NCBI GenBank assembly: GCA_030264375.1
Contig: JASCQW010000128.1
Span: forward strand, 20,554,961 to 20,618,960
DNA from: Carcharhinus longimanus
Taxonomy: Eukaryota
Direction: 5' to 3'
Length of the DNA stretch: 64,000 bases
Part shown: piece by piece, positions 61,901 to 64,000 of the stretch
Layout: each line of letters begins with the position of its first letter
How positions within the stretch are numbered: the first letter of the stretch is position 1
The notes under the pieces: generated by a model
What the model saw: the letters and a program-made list of their open reading frames with translations, nothing else
Databases searched by the model: none
What the model was told of the DNA's origin: nothing
Program-made: the position numbers and the translations under genes

Positions 61901-63360
61901 CTATGCTGCTGTTAGATTTTGTAAATAGAAGGAGCGTGATACAATGTGAACTTTTGGCCAAGATGACAATGGATTAAGCTGAAGAAATTAGACTCTGTCA
62001 TACATAGGCAGAACAAGGTATTTTTCAACTAATCATAAGTTCACCTTGACAACTAATTCAAATGGATGCTGTTCGTCCATTCCCACAAGCAATAAGTCTT
62101 AAAGTTGAATCTCAATTAAATGTTAAAGTTGTGTTTTATTCTTATTCCGTGTTCAGTGAACTCAGCAAAACGGTTGCAGTTACTGTCACAACTGGAATTA
62201 CCACTAGCAATCCAACTATGTCTACGAGCAGTACTTCCACGTTGAAGGTACATCATTCATCATGTGTCAATGTTTTACAGTAATATAGTTGTACTGCGTG
62301 ATGCACTGCTGTATATAGGGTAAATTTACATGTATCTTTTAAAAAGTATCATCATCCCCCAACTTTACGTAGCAAGTTTCCCGAGCTGAATTCAGCTAGC
62401 AGCAGCTATGAGAAAAGGCATTGCATGCAACAGTTGGGACCTGAAGTTTGAAAAATTAAAATTATAGGGAGGAGTAATGGAAGAGGCAGGAAGGAATAGA
62501 ATGAAAAGGAGAGACCAAAATGGGAGGAAATAAACCTCCTTATTCAGGTTTTGCAAATGTATGTATGCCATCTATAAAATTTAACAGCATGTTGCATGTG
62601 ACATGAAGTTGAAATTCAGCTGCTACAGACTAAACTTTAAAATTAAGCGGATCAGTGACCAAACGGTCATTGTCTTTAGTACACACAACAACAACGTTGT
62701 CTTTAGTATGCATACCAATGACGGGATGGTTAACCAAAAGCATTGCACAGATCTTGATCTAGATTGGATGGTAATTGAGAAGTGCACTATGAATGTGAGG
62801 TTTCCCTGCATTCTTGCCAACCTATTGATAAATTATACTGTCTTTTACCTGTCAGGAGATGAAAAAATTATCATTTCTGATCTTGCAATTGAATATATGA
62901 GACGTGGTTTGTTCCATTTAAGTTTTTATCCTGTGGAGCAAAATTTTTGATCCATTGAGATTGAATTGCAAAAGGAAGAAATTTGGTTTGTTTAAATTTT
63001 ATGAAATTAAAGCCATTAGAATTCAGATTAATGGGAATAACTGGGAAGAACCTTTGTTTATTGTCTTGCACTTGCTTTAAACTGTTAATTAATTTGTAAT
63101 CTATCCAGTGGGTGATGTACATTACTTTTATTGGCTTAATAGTCATCTGGTTCCATTTCAGGGTTATCAAGTTCCTGTTCTTGGTCATCCTGCTTCACAT
63201 GGACAATCCATACCCACAACAGGTTTGTTATTTTGAAATTGTTTTCAATTTGACTTGATTTTACATTTCAGTTAAGCATTAATTTCTATAAACTTTGTTT
63301 AGGTCAGCCAATGAGGACCAGTGGGGTACGACCACCAGGAAACAGACCTAGCTGGGAAGT
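28777..63360 (+). CDS. RBBP6: E3 ubiquitin ligase / 3'-end processing factor RBBP6, coding exons 1-13 (gene continues beyond right edge)
   Basis: Thirteen GT-AG exons splice in frame, giving DWNN (MSCVHYKFSSKLNYDTVTFDG...), a CCHC zinc knuckle (CFRCGKPGHYIKNC), a RING/U-box-like domain (CLICKDLMMDAVVIPCCGNSYCDDCIR...CPTC) and GYQVPVLG. Confidence 0.97.
30480..31050 (+). mobile_element. Ancient L2-like LINE 3' fragment
   Basis: Degenerate L2 end motifs (accaagttccattcaccatcacc...tttaaaattct...ctttgaccaagctcttt...ctgtgaag..ccttgagatgttttactgcgttaa). Confidence 0.45.
31063..31342 (+). mobile_element. HE1-like V-SINE
   Basis: GTGGCATAGTGGTTAGCACTGCTGC...GGGTTCAATTCC head, gtgggtttcctc...cattggccatgctaaatt core, and tail ttgtgacaccaataaataaacttt. 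Confidence 0.75.
31920..33760 (-). mobile_element. Decayed L2-clade LINE (RT/endonuclease remnants)
   Basis: Minus-strand peptide remnants FKSAIITP...NYCPISNL and SKILQH resemble L2 FKxAxITPLLKK...NYRPISNLPFLSKILE. The + strand is purine-rich, as is typical for antisense L2. Confidence 0.6.
35246..35345 (+). CDS. RBBP6: RBBP6 coding exon 2 (100 nt)
   Basis: ttacag|...YTDDNALIPKNSSVIIKRIPIGGVKSAGKTFV...|gtaagt; contains the DWNN di-Gly. Confidence 0.96.
37050..37790 (+). mobile_element. Old CR1 LINE 3' fragment
   Basis: Remnants ggtgacttgattgaag...aaaattatg...agggtagacatagagaaa...agaactaggtg and a 3' UTR ggacctgttggcagagtggccattttctatgctgta. Confidence 0.65.
39209..39245 (+). CDS. RBBP6: RBBP6 coding exon 3 (37 nt, DRSEPASGTSKA)
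   Basis: ttttcag acceptor, gtatgt donor; phase 2-0 keeps the frame. Confidence 0.92.
39246..39332 (+). CDS. RBBP6: Candidate intron-3 read-through tail of a DWNN-only RBBP6 short isoform (isoform-3-like): VCKTKIQSEPFSILDFVTSKLLFLNDNH*
   Basis: Open frame from the exon-3 donor to TAG at 39330-39332. It begins VCK, like the recalled human isoform 3 tail (VCKNTISHFFYTLLLPL). Confidence 0.6.
   Translation, partial: VCKTKIQSEPFSILDFVTSKLLFLNDNH
39727..39732 (+). terminator. Candidate intronic polyadenylation signal for the short RBBP6 isoform
   Basis: AATAAA preceded by several TGTA (CFIm) elements and followed by GU/U-rich sequence. A second AATAAA lies at 40265-40270. Confidence 0.55.
47960..48710 (+). 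mobile_element. Decayed CR1 LINE fragment
   Basis: IHINDLDLDLWSTIAQFADEAKL...MKFNAKKCEVMYFGRKN in the ORF track. Confidence 0.8.
49989..50033 (+). CDS. RBBP6: RBBP6 coding exon 4 (45 nt, IDDSGTSISLAQLTK)
   Basis: taacag acceptor, gtagaa donor; matches RBBP6 IDDSSASISLAQLTK. Confidence 0.95.
53606..54970 (+). repeat. Diverged ~270-bp direct duplication (53606-53869 and 54681-54970) flanking a CR1 3' end and a SINE fragment
   Basis: Shared text such as agttgtcattttctgaattgctggggatgg, ttccttaggctg, tgtggattgtact, tgtccagttgtccc and gaaggttt.agtacatgaa. Confidence 0.85.
53870..54418 (+). mobile_element. CR1 LINE 3' end
   Basis: ttggtgagaccacatttggaatattgt...gaggagatttaccaggatgctgcctg and the tail gggcctgtactgttctatgctctttgttct. 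Confidence 0.8.
56506..56594 (+). CDS. RBBP6: RBBP6 coding exon 5 (89 nt)
   Basis: TANLAEANASEEDKIKAMMTQSGQEYDPV; cag/gtaagt boundaries. Confidence 0.96.
56688..56784 (+). CDS. RBBP6: RBBP6 coding exon 6 (97 nt, zinc knuckle)
   Basis: YMKKPLGPPPPTYTCFRCGKPGHYIKNCPTNG; cctag/gtgggt boundaries. Confidence 0.97.
57461..57600 (+). CDS. RBBP6: RBBP6 coding exon 7 (140 nt)
   Basis: DKNFEAVPRIKKSTGIPRSFMVEVDDPNMKGAMLTNTGKYAIPTID; ttcag/gtaagt boundaries. Confidence 0.97.
57920..58092 (+). CDS. RBBP6: RBBP6 coding exon 8 (173 nt, RING N-half)
   Basis: EAYAQGKKEKPPFLPEEPSSSSEEEDPIPDELLCLICKDLMMDAVVIPCCGNSYCDD; ctag/gtaagt boundaries. Confidence 0.97.
58152..58570 (+). mobile_element. DeuSINE-like (SacSINE1/AmnSINE-type) SINE
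   Basis: tRNA-like head (cagtgggtaa...gagttcaagtccc) and a Deu-domain-like core gatgagacactaaaccaaggcccc...gatgtaaaagacaccacggcactattt...gaagagca-like...gttatccttggtgtcgtggccaa. Confidence 0.6.
58681..58784 (+). CDS. RBBP6: RBBP6 coding exon 9 (104 nt, RING C-half)
   Basis: CIRTSLLESEEHTCPTCHQTDVSPDALIANKFLRQ; gcag/gtattt boundaries. Confidence 0.97.
58830..59375 (-). mobile_element. CR1 LINE 3' fragment
   Basis: Minus ORF SFVRPQLEYCIPFWVLHFRKDEKTLERVQKRFTSIVPGMRNFNYEDRLEKLGL. Confidence 0.85.
59378..59688 (+). mobile_element. HE1-like V-SINE (5'-clipped)
   Basis: gggacccagatttgattcc...gttctccccacgtctatgtgggttt...tgcaggttaggtggattggccatgct...ggattctatgatt. Confidence 0.75.
60066..60454 (+). 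CDS. RBBP6: RBBP6 coding exon 10 (389 nt)
   Basis: AVNNFKNETGYTKRTRKQQ...Q/P/T-rich...HEEGDI; ttgcag/gtaagt boundaries; phase 0-2. Confidence 0.93.
62157..62247 (+). CDS. RBBP6: RBBP6 coding exon 11 (91 nt, S/T-rich)
   Basis: ttcag acceptor, gtacat donor; ELSKTVAVTVTTGITTSNPTMSTSSTSTLK. Phase 2-0 bridges exons 10 and 12. Confidence 0.78.
63162..63222 (+). CDS. RBBP6: RBBP6 coding exon 12 (61 nt)
   Basis: GYQVPVLGHPASHGQSIPTT matches RBBP6 GYQVPVLG...HGQLIPTT; tttcag/gtttgt boundaries. Confidence 0.92.
63303..63360 (+). CDS. RBBP6: RBBP6 coding exon 13 (58 nt)
   Basis: GQPMRTSGVRPPGNRPSWE resembles GPVRINTARPGGGRPGWE; ttag/gtaagt boundaries. Confidence 0.9.
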
Positions 63361-64000
63361 GTAAGTAGGAACCATACTGATTTTCTATGTCCAAACTCAA
63401 CAACTTCCTGGATATTTTTCAATTTTATGGTCCTATGACTTCAACCCTCGTGTTTTTGGGCGTAGGTTTTTTTCCCTTTTATAGCGAGCAATCCCAGGAT
63501 TAGGGATAGGTGCAGATTAGAAATCTGACCCTGCACAAGTTGTGTGCAGCATGAAGTTTTGTGATTTCCCCGGGTCCCAACTTCAGAAAAGCATTTTTAC
63601 TGCACCGCTGACAACACTGGCTTTTCAATGTGGACTTGACATTTTGAATTGTGAGCACTTCTGAATTGTCTAGTTGCAGCCGCTTGTTCTTAGGTGGTCA
63701 TTTTTGTAGCTGGGAAAGAGAAGGCTACCCGATTGGCCTGGGCTACGTTCTAACTAAGGTGGCTCACAGCAGCAGGACTGTGTGCTGAAGCCCAGAAATG
63801 CTTTATTGTGATGAAACCCTACGTAAAGAGAAGTAATAACTTCTTCTCGCTCATTCTATTCAAATAATTGCCAAAACGAAACTGTTACTTGGCTAGTTTC
63901 TAATTTTATTTCCTAGATATCTGGTTATAGAAATTATAGTATTTCAGGTGGCACTGACGCTTTTAGACATTCTTAACTATTTCAATTAGATCTTCATTCC

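Noticed and set aside
63917-63947. Possible RBBP6 exon 14 (tcctag|ATATCTGG...TTCAG|gtggca)
   Set aside because: Weak donor, and the peptide YLVIEIIVFQ does not resemble the expected RBBP6 sequence. The next exon is probably beyond the window.

Overview
AT-rich vertebrate genomic DNA with several assembly gaps. The repeat content (CR1/L2 LINEs, HE1-like V-SINEs, DeuSINE-like and Penelope-like elements) points to a cartilaginous fish (shark). Two spliced genes diverge head-to-head from one CpG-rich promoter at ~27.4-27.8 kb. On the + strand is RBBP6: coding exons 1-13 (28777-63360; DWNN/UBL, zinc knuckle, RING/U-box-like), running off the right edge. It has a candidate DWNN-only short isoform made by intron-3 read-through and intronic polyadenylation. 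On the - strand are four small coding exons (14295 down to 1180, running off the left edge). They splice in frame into a strongly diverged HELZ-like N-terminus that keeps HELZ's exon sizes. The best interpretation is a HELZ paralog (putative whole-genome-duplication ohnolog) that I do not know beside RBBP6 in mammals. Introns carry a decayed hAT transposase with subterminal repeats, a head-to-head Penelope-like inverted repeat with hammerhead-like motifs, triple-nested LINEs, SINEs and a ~270-bp local duplication. All comparisons with human sequences and exon sizes are from memory and need database confirmation. Repeat boundaries are approximate.
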